A stretch of 64,000 bases of DNA, from positions 22,878,001 to 22,942,000 of the forward strand of contig CM060732.1 of NCBI GenBank assembly GCA_030704615.1, written 5' to 3'. Positions 1 through 12,653 of the stretch are shown one piece after another. The position numbers and the translations under genes are program-made. Within the stretch, counting starts at the first letter, position 1. Every line of letters begins with the position of its first letter. The notes beneath the pieces are model-generated. The model worked only from the letters and a program-made list of their open reading frames with translations, made no database searches and had not been told where the DNA came from. The DNA comes from Takakia lepidozioides. Its lineage: Eukaryota > Plantae > Bryophyta.

Positions 1-37
1 TAGGTGTCGTAGGCGTTATGGCCGGTGACGAGCAGGG

Positions 38-39
<2 letters not shown>

Positions 40-90
<51 letters not shown>

Positions 91-101
91 TCTGTTTCTT
101 G
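40..101. repeat. 50-nt poly-C run followed by GTCTGTTTCTTG; possible truncated CACTA right terminus
   Basis: C50 at 40-89. TTTCTTG matches the reverse complement of CACTACAAGAAA but lacks the final TAGTG. Same polyC-then-terminus layout as the CACTA end at 17242-17278. Confidence 0.4.
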
Positions 102-364
102 CCTGATCCACCTCCGGTAGTACCTGATCCGGACGTTGTACCCCGGCTGCACCTCTGAAATTACATCCTCAACCACCTCCACTTTCATCTCCTCCGCCAC
201 TAGTACCACCTCCACCTCCACCTCACGTGCATGTGCCCCCCGAACCCCTAGGAGGGGTCGGCTTCGCCCTAGGTTTCCTCCCCTTCGGCTTGGGCGGCCT
301 GAGTCGGATCCTTGCCCCCCATGGGAAACGCATAGGACTATGTTACTGAGGACCGTCAGCCTCG

Positions 365-942
365 TTGTTGGGGGAATCATCTCGACCCTCCCACCCCATC
401 CGAGAAAATGTGGAGTTCGAGTATTGGGGGAGACGGTATGTTGTGAGAGCCGCTACAGACCCTGCTATGGGTCGGGGTTTATTCATGGTCAATGATATTG
501 TGGTTCCTCCTCGGAGAAACAACATGGTGGACTTGTTTCCCTACTACGGTCCATACTACATCTCCGCGGAGTTCCGTACATTACGCCTCGAAGCCCCATA
601 CATCCTACCCTATATTTTGTGTGTCAACGGACAGGATGTACGTAGACGAGGGTTGTCTCCCATTGAGATCAGATTTTGTGATGGTGACCCCGACATCTTC
701 GACAATGTTGCTGGGCTGGTCAATAGTTCTTTGGTCATCCTAGGAGAACCAATGTAGTATGGGACGAGCGAAGCGATGGGCATGAGAGCTTTTGTGGTCA
801 TACGTCAGTATACTGTGAGGAGATGCACATGTTTGTGATGACATGTGCTAGTAGGACTATTAGGGCTAGCTGTGAACTATTTACATCATACGAGTTCTCC
901 CGGGATGATTGGGACCTCCGATTACAGCGTGAGTGTGGATGA
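365..942 (+). pseudogene. SET-domain (lysine methyltransferase-like) pseudogene, one frameshift near 735-750
   Basis: GRGLF..NDI...LFPYYG (SET N-terminus) and DNVAGLVNSS (cf. NxARFINHS) in ORF 365-757. The shifted frame continues RRTNVVW...ASRTIRASCELFTSY (cf. AxRDIxxGEELxxDY) to TGA at 940-942. Confidence 0.7.
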
Positions 943-2194
943 TGTTATGATAGAAATAGGGTTCATTTGAGACATGGATCGTGTAGAGAGGCATTATAGA
1001 TATTCTCATGATGTACTTTGTATACATCCGATTAATCGATTGATGTTAATTTTTTTTTTATTGCTCGTGTGGGTTGCAACTTTGCATATGTGATCTAAAC
1101 ATACTTATGCACATATGGACCAAATATGAGCTTGAACCAAGTTGATTCAATGGGTCATTCTAGTGTTGAACGCAGCTACGTGACATAGAGACGGAAAATT
1201 GCGTTTCGCCTGCAGATGATTTTTTTTTAATTCCATTTTCAAGCCATATGCTTAATGATAGCAAATTTGGGAGTAAACAAAAGTTATTTGGACCCATAAC
1301 CAGAATTTGTTCTCTCATTTGCACTCCAAAGTTGAGTTATCTTCAACTTCATGCACTCTTCATAGAGAGTTCTGCACAAGTGACCCTAGAAACACACTTA
1401 TTTTTTTTTCCATTTTGTTTTGTCCAATGTTTTGCATGGATGTAGTGGTGCAAAGCCCAATGTCACAGAACAAAATAGAGCTAAAACTAAAATCATTACG
1501 CCCCTCAAAACTGCAATAATATATTTTATAAATACAAATATTTATTTTAAATTCATTTAAATTCGATTTAATTCAAAATTGGTGCAAGGGTGAGTGCGTC
1601 GTTGGGGAGGCAAATGTTTTTTTTTTCTGCTGGATCTTTGTACAGGTGTTGCACACATATTCAAGCACATGTAGGAAAAAATGAAGCTTGAGCCACATCC
1701 GTTGTTGGGTGCAATGGCATGAGAAGAATTTTCTTTCACATAATAAACAAAAATTGGTTGATAGGGTGAATGCGTCTGGGGGGCAAATGATTTTGTTTGG
1801 GTTTGAAACTTTGCATGCGTGTACGTTGCGCACATACATGTAATTATTGAATGACATATTTGATGCACGCACACATTGAAGGTTGTTGGTTTGCATTTCG
1901 CTTATAATGAAGTGTATGGTTGCAAGGACACATTATAATATATGTCCCTATGTTCATTTGTTCATATCAGGACTTTGTCCATCCCTTCCTGGTCCTTTCT
2001 CTTGGCACCCTATCCGAAAACAACCCAAGTACATCAGGCGGGAGCCGTGGGCGAGACGCCGCCCCCACGGTACCAGACGATGATAACGATGACAATGACA
2101 ATGACAGTGACAACAACAATGAGCATGGAATTAACCAGGAGGATGTGCAAGCCATGGAGGATCTCTTAATGCATCATGTGGGCACTGATGAATC

Positions 2195-2281
2195 TGTCGT
2201 GCGCATACATATCGCTACACAACTACATCGCTGTCCAAACCACACCACACATATATGCACAATAAAGTAGTCTAGCACAAT
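2195..2281 (-). repeat. Terminal repeat A, outer copy (87 bp)
   Basis: Identical to 2633-2719. Confidence 0.95.
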
Positions 2282-2630
2282 GATAGAAAGACTCTTTAAC
2301 ACATTGTTGACACAAAACATGGAAACCAAAATCATCACTCTTTGAAATAGAAGTCGAGCCAGGGGCACCCCAAGCTATGGGGACTCCACCCCACAACAAC
2401 CTACACTCCCATCATAAGCACACTCAGTCCTAAACAATGCAGGAGCTCGGTCGCGCAGGCTCAACTCGAGAGAGATGAGCCGCGCGACTGCCGCTCTCGT
2501 GAAGATAAGACAGACCAGGTGTCAAACTAAACTTGACACCTGATTTAACACTTGACCTAAATCCAAGTGTTAAATACAAATAACTAGTTTTATTCTAGCT
2601 GTTTTCACACTGTGCTTATTTAACTTGACA
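2281..2630 (-). repeat. LTR repeat B, 3' copy (350 bp)
   Basis: Matches 12654-13003 with about 2 substitutions seen. Confidence 0.95.
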
Positions 2631-2632
2631 GC

Positions 2633-2719
2633 TGTCGTGCGCATACATATCGCTACACAACTACATCGCTGTCCAAACCACACCACACATATATGCACAA
2701 TAAAGTAGTCTAGCACAAT
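2633..2719 (-). repeat. Terminal repeat A, inner copy, preceded on the minus strand by the PPT AGGGGGGCG (2720-2728)
   Basis: Direct repeat of 2195-2281 with an adjacent purine tract. Confidence 0.93.
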
Positions 2720-2976
2720 CGCCCCCCTAGCTGGTGGATAGGTCCCTCTACCTCCAGATAGCTACAAGATGTAATAGCCACAGCCGTACTAAGTCCTCTA
2801 TCACTGTCTTATCGAGCTCAAACTCTATAGACCAAGAGGCCGGGTACAAGAGTAGCCCCATCGTTAGTCGCCGTCTTGCAATCTATGAACTTGAGCCAAG
2901 ATCTCGTGTGTTCAAGGTCTCCTAGTAGCTGGGCCTTGCGTTTCTTGTTAGCCTCCCATGGTTGTATCCACTCCCA

Positions 2977-5953
2977 CTATCCAATGCAATGTGGACATAA
3001 CCAATCCCCATCCGGAACCATCTCAAGAGGTGGAGTTAAGCATCCCATATGCCAACCTCTAGAGCACCGATCACATACCAGCATGGTGGCTGCCCCTTTA
3101 GCAGACCCACACAACATGCACCTCAAACCTGCAGATACCACTGCCAGGTTTGGGTCAATCCTGCCATCGACATTCGGAAGGTGACATGGCGCACAATTAC
3201 GCACATGGTCCTTCCAAGTGATGCCATCCCGACCCTCCAAGACCAAGACGCCTGAGGGCAAGACCTCTCGAATCCTCAAAATAACACGTCCTGCAGTCAC
3301 ATCCAGGGTCGTAGGAGCAGTCTGCTGCAGATAGACATAGTCACCAGGGTTGAATCTCCGAACCCCAGGACGATAGCCCCCACCACGTATGGTAGCATAC
3401 CTCAACGTATCACGGTGTTGTGCAATGGCAAGGTTCTCGAAAGCCATGGGCATGACTCTCTTGAACAACTCTGCACGCTGCTCACATGCACGTGCCCACA
3501 CGTCCGGATCGTCAAGGTTAAGAACTGTAACAGCTTCTCTGCGAATGGATGTAGGCAAATCCGGCTCTCGGCCAAAGAGAAGAAAGTATGGTGAGAAGGA
3601 GGCAAGTGATGCTTGCTTGCTGAACCTGTAGCCCATGGCTAACCAGGGTAACTGAAGGTCCCAATCTCCTAGGTGTCCCTTCTGCAAGCCATACTTGCGC
3701 AAACCCCTCTTTACTGTCTGAACAACTCTCTCTGCCAAGCCATCGGCCTCAGGATGATCCCGAGAAGTGGTGCGGTGGTCTATCAAGGCCTTGTCACACA
3801 AAGCCTGAAACTCCCCCAAGAACTCTCTCCCTTGGTCCGTGAGTACCTCAGCTGGAGCACCGAATCGGCTAAGCACACAATCCAGGAATGCATACGCAGC
3901 TCCCTCACTAGCCTTATCAGGCAATGGAACCAATTCAATCCACTTGGAGAAGTGCTCCACCATCACCAACACGTACTTGTTGTGGCGCATGGTCAGTGGC
4001 AACGGCCCTGCGAAGTCAAGACTCCACCTGTAGCCCAATCCCATGATCGGAAGAGGGTGCAATTGTGGAGTAGGGGCGTTGAATGAAGCAGGCACCCTGT
4101 CACACACCATGCACCTAGCCACAAATTGTTGCACCTCTGTGTGCATACCACGCCACCAATACTGCCCCTGCAGTAGACTATGAGTGCGTCGCACCCCAAA
4201 ATGCCCCAACTCCTCATGGGCATGCCGCACTAACCGTGCCCGCTGTGTTGGGTGAGGCACAATCCTCACTCGACCATCCTCCCACACTCGGAGCAGGTGT
4301 GTCCCCTCCCACCTGAACCTCTTGGCTCGTTGTAGGATCCGATCCCTCTCCTTGGCAGTCATAGTGGCTGCCGTGTCTCCACTGCGGAGGTAGTCCAACA
4401 CAACTGAATCCTCATGTATATCTTTGGCGCCACCCTGCTCATTGCTGGCCTCAGGGTCCTCAGACACTTGATCTACAGTCATCCCTGTTGTAGGTCCAAC
4501 CTGGCCTTCCGCTGCCAAGATACACAGAAATGCAGATGCATGCCATCCGGGCACCATCTCCTCGTCCGTCTCACCATGCCACCGAGCTCCAGTGTCATCT
4601 TGCTGGCTCGTGCATGGATTGCGACTCAACCCATCTGCATTTCGATTGACCAAACCCGGTCGATGCACCACCTGAAAGTCATACTCTTGAAGGATGAGTG
4701 CCCACCGTGCAAGCTTCCCCGTAAGCTTGTCTGACTCCATCAACCACTTGAGTGGTTGGTGATCCGTGACAAGGGTGAAGAGATTGCCGTATAAATAGCA
4801 CCTGAAGTGTGCCACGGCCCACACTGCAGCTAAGCATTCTCCCTCATATGAGCTATACTTAGACTCTGCAGCATTGTTCGAGCGGCTAGCATAAGCCACT
4901 ACGAACTCTCTTCCCTCATCATCCACCTGTGTGAGCACCGCTCCAAGTCCCAGCATGCTCCAATCTGTATGCAGCTGAAAAGGACGCCCCCTGATAGGTC
5001 GTCTCAAGATGGGCGCCGAGGTCAACCTCGCCTTGAGCTCTTGAAAAGCTTGTTCTTGCTCATCTTCCCACTGCCACTCCTGGTCCACCTTGGTCAGCTT
5101 GGTTAGAGCCTTTGCAATGGCACTAAATCCCTTAACAAACCGTCTGTAATAGTTTGCTAACCCCATGAAAGCTCGAACTCGGCTCACATCCGTGGGGCGT
5201 GGAACCTGTGCAATGGACTCTACCTTAGTCTGCTGTACCCCCAATCCTCCAGGATATATCATGTGACCCAGATACTCAATCTGGTTGTGGAAAAACTTGC
5301 ACTTGCCCGGATGTAACTTCAATCCGTGCGTCCTCAAGCGCTCAAATACCCCCTGAAGGTGTCTCTCATGCTCCTCCACCGTAGCACTAAAGATGATGAT
5401 GTCATCTATGTAGCACCGAGCAAACTCCACCCCTGCTAGAATCCTGTCCATGACTCTTTGAAACTCAGCGCGGAGCGTTTTTAAGCCCAAATGGTAAGAA
5501 CCGCCACTGGTATAGGCAATCCTTCCCGTGCTCATTGATCCCCCAGAATGCCGTCTTTTGCTTATCCGCCTCCTTGATCGGCAACTGGTGATATCCGGAT
5601 CGTAAATCCAACGTGCTAAAGACCTTGGAATGCCCAATGGCATCAAAGATCTCCTCTGGTGTTGGCATGGCATACCTATCGGACTTGGTCTGACGATTTA
5701 CAGGCCGGTAATCACCGCACATACGTCTCTCCGTCCAATTGCCATAGACATCCTTCTTAGCTGGCATCACTGTGGCTGAAGCATACTCTCCACCAGAGAG
5801 CTCCACCAAACCTGCCTCCCAGAGATCTTGAGTCCTCATCTGAATCAAAGACCTCTCCATGTCACTGTATCTATAGGGTCTCCGAAAGATTGGCGTGTCA
5901 GTGGCCAACTCAATACGGATCTCTTGACCCTTCAGTGCTCCCAAGTCCTTCAA
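2977..5953 (-). pseudogene. pol: Pol: RT-RNase H-integrase-PHD finger; frameshift near 5470
   Basis: RMCGDYR, LDLRSGYHQ, PFGLKNAP, YIDD; RNase H TDWS/ECLA/TDH/ADGLSR; HHCC and D-D-E (SLDF, TDQG, LAER); C4HC3 PHD CMLC..CDRC..WH.GC..WLCPHC at the C-terminus. Confidence 0.95.
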
Positions 5954-6399
5954 ACTGAAGGCAAAGCAATTCCTGTAAGCCCTCAGGAACCGCCGTATAC
6001 GTCGTCTCTCTCCTCCGGTGACAATGGGTCCAATATCAGGCTCCCAATTGTCCTCCGTAACTGCAACCTTAAGTCCAGTGGGCTTAGAGGTAGAGGACGC
6101 GTCCCGTGGTTGCTATGCTGCAACCTCTTGAGCAGTACCCCCTTCCTGCTCAGTCAATGACAAGGCCTCATCCTGCCCCATCATCTCATCATTGAGAACC
6201 TCCTCATCCATCACAGCTGCCTTCGCTGCCAACTCCCTCTGAACCTCGAGCACCTCCCACATGTGCCATGGATGTCTACACCTCGTGGTCCTCACCGGCT
6301 CGCCCCCACTCGCTGCCTGTACCGTCTCGGTAGGCAGGAGACCATCAAGGGAAGTGCACTCCGCACTCTACGTTGCTCAGCCATAGCCAAGCTGACAAT

Positions 6400-7345
6400 C
6401 CAGGTCAAGCAATTGAGATCCATTGCTTGCCCCAACACCTGACGACGTGATGCCTCAGAAAGGGAAGGCACCGCCGTGGTCCAGTGGAAAACCCCATAGC
6501 CCGCTCTCGCTCGTCGGCATTAGGCTCCACTAACTGCTGCAACTGAGCATCCCACAGGAGGCCAGGTCCACCATCCCGAAAAGCATGGGATCCTGGGAAA
6601 CTGAGCAGTGTAGGTAATGCTGCTCGTGGTTGACCCACCCTGTTGACCACTGCCAAAGGCGAACGGTCATCATGTCTCACACGTTGAGACTGCCTTCCTG
6701 TGTCCAAAATGCCATCCACGGTGAGGTGTGCTGGCCGCTGCACCCCATCAAATGCACGCTTGAGCAGTGCGGGTGGCATCAAGTTAGTCCACCATAGTCG
6801 TGGACGATGAGCCCGTGACCCCACTGCAGCTGCATCCAGCAATACTGCTGACCCAAGCCACGACCGGACTTGATGCACACTGGCCATCACCCTGGCCCGA
6901 GAATCACCCATCAGTGGCACATTCTCCAAGATGTATGCCGGAGATACAGCCTGATGAAGCTGCAAGTGGCGCAAAATCCGCACCATCTCCCAAAACAGAC
7001 CCGTCCTCGAGTCTCGCAATCCATTGCCATGCCCGGCTGATGAATGCCCTTGGCAGGGCCAACCTGCCACTACCAGATCAATGGAGCCAACCCGGCTCCA
7101 AATCCTGCGCCCCCAGCAACGCAATGTCTGCTGGCAAGGCCTGCTGATATCCACGAACTGCAGACACCGGCAACAACTCAGGGTGCTGCTGCACCATCTG
7201 AGCAACATGGCGCAGTGAGACGCGTCGTGCAGTCTCATCCCTCTCCACATACAGGTAACGTCGAACTCGTACACCTGCCTGCAGCACTGCAGCCAATCCA
7301 GTGCTGATCCCGCCAAATAAGTCCAGAAGGCATATGCCTTCATCC
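6400..7345 (-). pseudogene. Retrotransposon-encoded C5-cytosine DNA methyltransferase domain (frameshifts near 7095 and 6480)
   Basis: Motif I LDLFGG, II YVERD, IV AGWPCQG, VI ILENV, VIII AHRPRLWWTN, IX ERERAMGF. Confidence 0.93.
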
Positions 7346-7555
7346 GGTCGCTGCCACACAAGAGGTGTGGTGTCCAATGGCGACAACTGAGGTGGCCCTG
7401 GTACAATCACCGCACTCTCCTCCTCTCCTGACGGTACAAAAGCTTCTACCCAAGCTTGTTGCACCCGTCCATCAGCAGCGTGCTGCAAATCCTTGCTCGT
7501 ACCCCACAACGGAGTGTGAGCAACCATGGCAGGCAACTCCGCCGTACCATGCATG

Positions 7556-10288
7556 TCATCCTGCTCTGCTGGAGGTGGCACATCCTCTGCATGGGCATTG
7601 CCTTCCAGCAACTCTCCAGGCCAGCTGACTGCAGCTGTGAAGGCGGCTAGTGTTGGCATCTTGCCCCGCTGAGCAGCTGCAATACCCCCAATGAATGTCA
7701 CAGGGAGCTGTGCACGGCGACCATCCCCTGACTGCCATCCAGGCCTGTAGGATGCTGACTCCTCCCAGAATCCAGGGTGAAGCCCATGGGTATAACACTG
7801 CCCCACCAACGAGGACATCGTAAGAGACCGCGTCTGTCACAATGGCCTTGGCTCGCATCACTGAGCCATCTACAGGATGATCCGGCTGCAGTCTAATAGC
7901 CAACTGATGCCGTGTCATGCCCCGAGCCTGCTCTGATCCTCCCAGAGATGTCTGTATCTGGAAAGGACAAGGCTCCATATCCGCCTCCATGAGGCCCAAA
8001 CCTGCAATAGCAGCTCTGCCCAACATCAGTGGCTGAGCTCCTGAGTCCAACAAGACCCGCAGTGGCCGGTACTTCTTGCCTGTCGGTCCACTCAAAGTGA
8101 AAATGCCTCCCTGGTTGTCTAACAATACAACTCCAGGTGTCACCGTGGCGCGCTCAAAGGCTGGCCTAGCTGGCAGCTCCGTCAATCTGGCAGCTGCAGC
8201 TTGCCAGGGCGCTGCCGTGGCAGTCTTGACCCTCAAATCCGAGGATCCCTCTGCCACTACACCTTCCACTAACTCCGCAGAAGATGAAGTGACCTCTCCA
8301 CTCTCGCAGAGTGTTGCTGCTAGTCTGAACACTGCAGCTGGTCTCACTCCCGGCGTCGCAATCATGGTCGCCGAGAACAGTGGGGCTTGACACACAGAGG
8401 TGGCTGCTCCCAATAACACACCGGCTGCACTAGCCTTGGTAGTAGGTGTCAGTGCTGCACGGGTAGCTCTCCCCAATGGCATAGTAACCTCCGCCTCGGT
8501 AACAGTCGGGCGAGAACTAGGTGCCATGGATGGCGTTGACACTGTCTCCGCCAAGGTGAATGACTGAGGCAGCCTTGCCTGACGGCTTGCCTCCCCACGT
8601 TGTGGATCCAACTCCACCTCTGCACCTCGTGGCTCAGGAACTCGTGTTGCTCCTCGAGTCACGGCTGCAGCAGACTCCACCTGCTCTAATGGTAGTGCTG
8701 CTCCGCACATGAATCCCATTCCGCCCATATCTCCTCCCTCAGGAGCAGGAGGTGGGCCATCCCGCCTGGGAGCCGGTACCGCCTGAGCTATAGCCATGGC
8801 AGCGATCCTCTGCTCTAGCTGCTGAAGCCGATTGGCCATGCCTTGGTCAACACCCTGACCTCCGCGTCCTTGGCCATGTGGAGGTTGCCCTTGGCCTGCA
8901 CCTCGTGCCCGACCACCTCGTCCTCTTTGGGCTGGTCCACCTCGCCCCCGGCCACCATTGTTCCCTTGGAACTGGCCTGGGCGCAACTCAGGATGCAAGT
9001 CATAACACTGGGCATCTCCATGCCCATACTTGCCACAATGCCCACACTGCAACTGTGCAGGCTGTGCTTGTGCCGGCCTTCTGCCACTCTCTGGGCAATC
9101 TCTCTTGACATGGGGTCCTCCACATGTCCAACATATCACCCCTGGTTGCTGTTGGCCTGCAAAAGATGCCACGGGCCTCTGCACCTGAGGTCCCCTATAA
9201 GCTCCATGGAACTTGGGCTGGGCAACCTTGCCCCCCTGACCACGCTGTTGGGCAGTCCCTTGTGCTTGTGGGCTGACAGCTGTGCCCCGTACAGGCATGT
9301 CCTTACCAAATCCAATTGTAACAACTCGCTCCTCCACCATGTTGAGCTCAATCCGCTCAGCCAGCAGAAACACATCTGCTAATGTGGGTTGGGCTGCTTG
9401 TAACAGGGTTGCATCTCGCACCCTTCTCTTGAGCTCCTTGTCCAGAATTCCATACCAAAACTGGATTGCTTGAGCTTCAGTAACCCCTTGGGTCACACTT
9501 ATCAAGCGCCTCATACGAGTGTACGCCTCTCGCAGGCTCTCACTGGGTTTGCGCTGGAAGTCTTGCAAACTTCGCAGCTTCTCTGTCCGTACACCTTGGT
9601 AGTTCCTCCGCAACTCCTGGAAGAACTCCACCACCGGGTTGAATCTGGGCACATGTGTTGTAGCTGTGGCAGGAGGAGTAGTAGCACCTTCTGAACTGGT
9701 ACCACCTGCAGAAGTACCAGCACTACCTGCTCCACTACTAGTGCTGGCAGTGGGCGCTATTGGTACTGATGCAGCTGCTGGTCACGTCATGCCTCGAGTA
9801 ATGGAGATGTAGTCAGGTGACCAATACATCCTCCACTCCTCAATCTCTGCTTCATGTCCTCGCCTGAACTCGTGGTAATCGTCCATAGGCGGGCCTTCCA
9901 AATGCTGGAACAGTCCCTTCCACGCCATGAATGGGGTGAATAGATGTGGATTGCGCATCTGCTGCAAATCACACCAGCTGTCGAACTCCTGGATAAAGTC
10001 ATCCAACTCGATTGTGCCCACAGCTCCAGAGTACCTACGAGGCCCCTTGGTAGCTCCATACATCACCTCCATGTCGTCCCACAACAATGGCGAATGAAAG
10101 TGCACACCTGTTGATGAAGCCTCCGAGTCTGTGTCTGACGCTACAGTAGTTGAGGGTGGCGGTGAAGGTGGTCTGAACCGAATACCTCGTCTTGTAACCC
10201 CACTCTCACTGTCACTGCTTGTAGCCGTACTCCCCTCAAAACCCTTGGGTAACTCCGTAATGACACTCACAATGTGCACCTCCTCCAC
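7556..10288 (-). pseudogene. gag: Gag (two zinc knuckles) and aspartic protease, frameshifted
   Basis: LQDFQRKPSESLREAY, CWTCGGPHVKRDC, CGHCGKYGH..QC, VLLDSGAQ, DVLVG. Confidence 0.9.
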
Positions 10289-12117
10289 GTGACACTATAA
10301 GGCTCTAGTACTAATCTAATAGTGACACGGGTGGGCACCTGTTGCAGTCTAAGGGTCATATCCCAATGGCTCAGGGCACCTGCACCTGCATCCACCGCAA
10401 GAACTCCTATGGTTGGCTGGTCATCAACCCAGCCTCACCATAGAAGAAACACTGGTGGTCTTGCTGGTCATCACTCCAGCCTCACCACCGACAGCATACT
10501 CTAGGATTGACCGGTGATCAAATCCGGCCTAATCCCTATGAAAGCAAGCGCCCACACAAAACCAACATGGCGCACAGTCAAGCATGCAGGTGTTGGGGGG
10601 GATCCAAACACAAGAAATCAAAACATCAACACCCCCACACCAAAATCCAGCAGCAACGCTGATCCTGCAGAATATCCCAGCCCAAAAACTGAGTCAAACA
10701 GAGTCCATTTGACAAAGATATGACCAACCAGGCTCTTTAAACATTTAAATTAGATCAAAAGGCCCCCCCTTTTTTTTTTTTTTTTTTTTTTCTTAATAAC
10801 TTGTCTAGGTTCCCTGGTTATCTACGGGTTCCCGAGGCCGTTCCCCGACTATGCTGACTCCAGGGCTTTGATCCTTTGCGCTTGAACCAAGTAGCTCCCT
10901 GACCCACGCTCATATCACCAGTACACACCCCTGCTCGACAGGCTTAGCACCCCATAGGCTTCCCTCAACCTCTACACTCTAGTGAAACAGGATACGACCA
11001 GGGTGAGCAACAAAAGACGAAGGCTCTGCTCAGTTTAGGCTCTGCTCTGCTCTGCTCTGCTCTGCCAGGTTGGACCTAATCGAAGGGGACGAAGGAGTCA
11101 GCGACATGCACATCCCTGACGAGCAACACTTCGCTGACGACCAGGCACTCCAAACCAAGTCCGCACGAGACCAGATGGTGACCACCAACGATCGCCCCAT
11201 GAAATGCAATCAATTGGAAGTCCCTATATCACCATTGTTTCCAAGTTTTGCCTGTGAAGAAGACCAGGCCGCGTCTTCCAGAGAGACAGAAGGCGAGACA
11301 GTGGGGTCAGAACAAGCCGCCCTTGAATCCTGGCTGGTCAGATCAAGAGAGGGACAATCACCGACTTGCAGGCACATACTTCGCCACCTTCCAAACGCGA
11401 CAATGGTTCGGCCTGGGGACGGAGAGAGCTGGGCACTGCTTGCCACCCTCTCTGCCTTTCTGCCTCCTTCAGCTTGACAGGCGACTCACAGGTAGCATAG
11501 AGAGCGAAGCAAATCGACCCCAAAATGACAGAGGTTGTGTGCCATTACAGTTCGCTGTCTTTGCGCCCGCTCACGACATACAACTGATGAAATTTAACAG
11601 CTATCTTGAGCTCAACTGAGAGGAGGTAGAGTCACCGCGAGTTCTTCAAAATTATTCTCCCACAGTTCATCAAGAGCTCATCCCAGTCTCATATTCTTTA
11701 AGATGCCCTACAAACTTGCAGATTGATGCAACCCTGCACAAAACCTCCGCATGTCTACACCGTCTGCAGTAATTACCTCTCTGGCTTTCGGAGCGCATGC
11801 GTGCAAATCAGCGCGGCTCCCTCAGTCTCTCAGTCAGAAAAGACGAAGTCTTCACAGTCTCTGCTCGGCATCCGCCTTCCTTTGCCCACAGGGTATGAAT
11901 GTTTCTTTTTGTTGTCTTCCAATGAGATACTTTGCGAGAGTTTAGTTTCTTCTTGCATAAAGCGTAGGAAACGCAGACTGCAGTTAACAAGCACTAAGCT
12001 CGCCACATAAACAGAATCAGTTTCAAGAAACATGGCATGAGAGATACAAGACACTGGTCTTCGATTCAAATGTCGGGCACTGCTTTTCCTCTGCTCGAGA
12101 AGCAACGAGGACCCACT

Positions 12118-12333
12118 TTACCGCTGCTGGTGTTGGATTCCAATGAGCACCTTTAGCATGTCTTGCATGGAGGGGCGTCTATCAGGCACCTCGTGTGTGC
12201 AAAGCATGGCCATATCCATCAGCTGCAGCAACTGCTTGTCAATACATGTGGTCTTCAGCAGGTTCACATCAAGAACTTGCCTGGCCAGCTCTGGCTTCGC
12301 CAATGCTTGCCGCACCCACTGTGAGCTGTTCAC
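12118..12333 (-). pseudogene. Captured C-terminal fragment of a receptor-like kinase (subdomain XI) in the retrotransposon leader
   Basis: QWVR..VLD..L..AMLCT..PDRRPSMQDMLKVL, typical of plant RLK C-termini. Confidence 0.75.
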
Positions 12334-12639
12334 GCCCTCACTAACCGGAACGAAGGCTGCTTCCTCGTAGTATAGCTCCGTCCTGCCCCTGCGGCCTTAT
12401 GCCAGAACTAGCGCTATCCTTACCAGTGGAAAGACACCAGTTATTTGCCCCTGCTTGACATGCTGCCTGCCTCCATGGACCATCTATATACCCAGAAACC
12501 AAAGATGATCGAAACCTGCATGTTTCTTTTTGTTTGTTTTTTTTTTTTTTTTTAAACTTCTTAAACTAAGCACTACTTCACAGAGGTAATCATACAAGTG
12601 CTAACCCTCAACTCCTACCTTGCACTCACAAGTAAGAGG

Positions 12640-12653
12640 TCATCTCTCTCGAG
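12640..12653 (-). promoter_or_regulatory. Self-priming-type PBS complementary to LTR segment 12838-12851
   Basis: TCATCTCTCTCGAG abuts the LTR and is the exact reverse complement of CTCGAGAGAGATGA inside the LTR; no TGG tRNA-type PBS. Confidence 0.75.

Noticed and set aside
11070-12105. Several 60-135 aa ORFs in the Gypsy leader, and antisense shadow ORFs over the TE genes elsewhere
   Set aside because: No recognisable motifs; expected by chance or as shadows of real coding strands.
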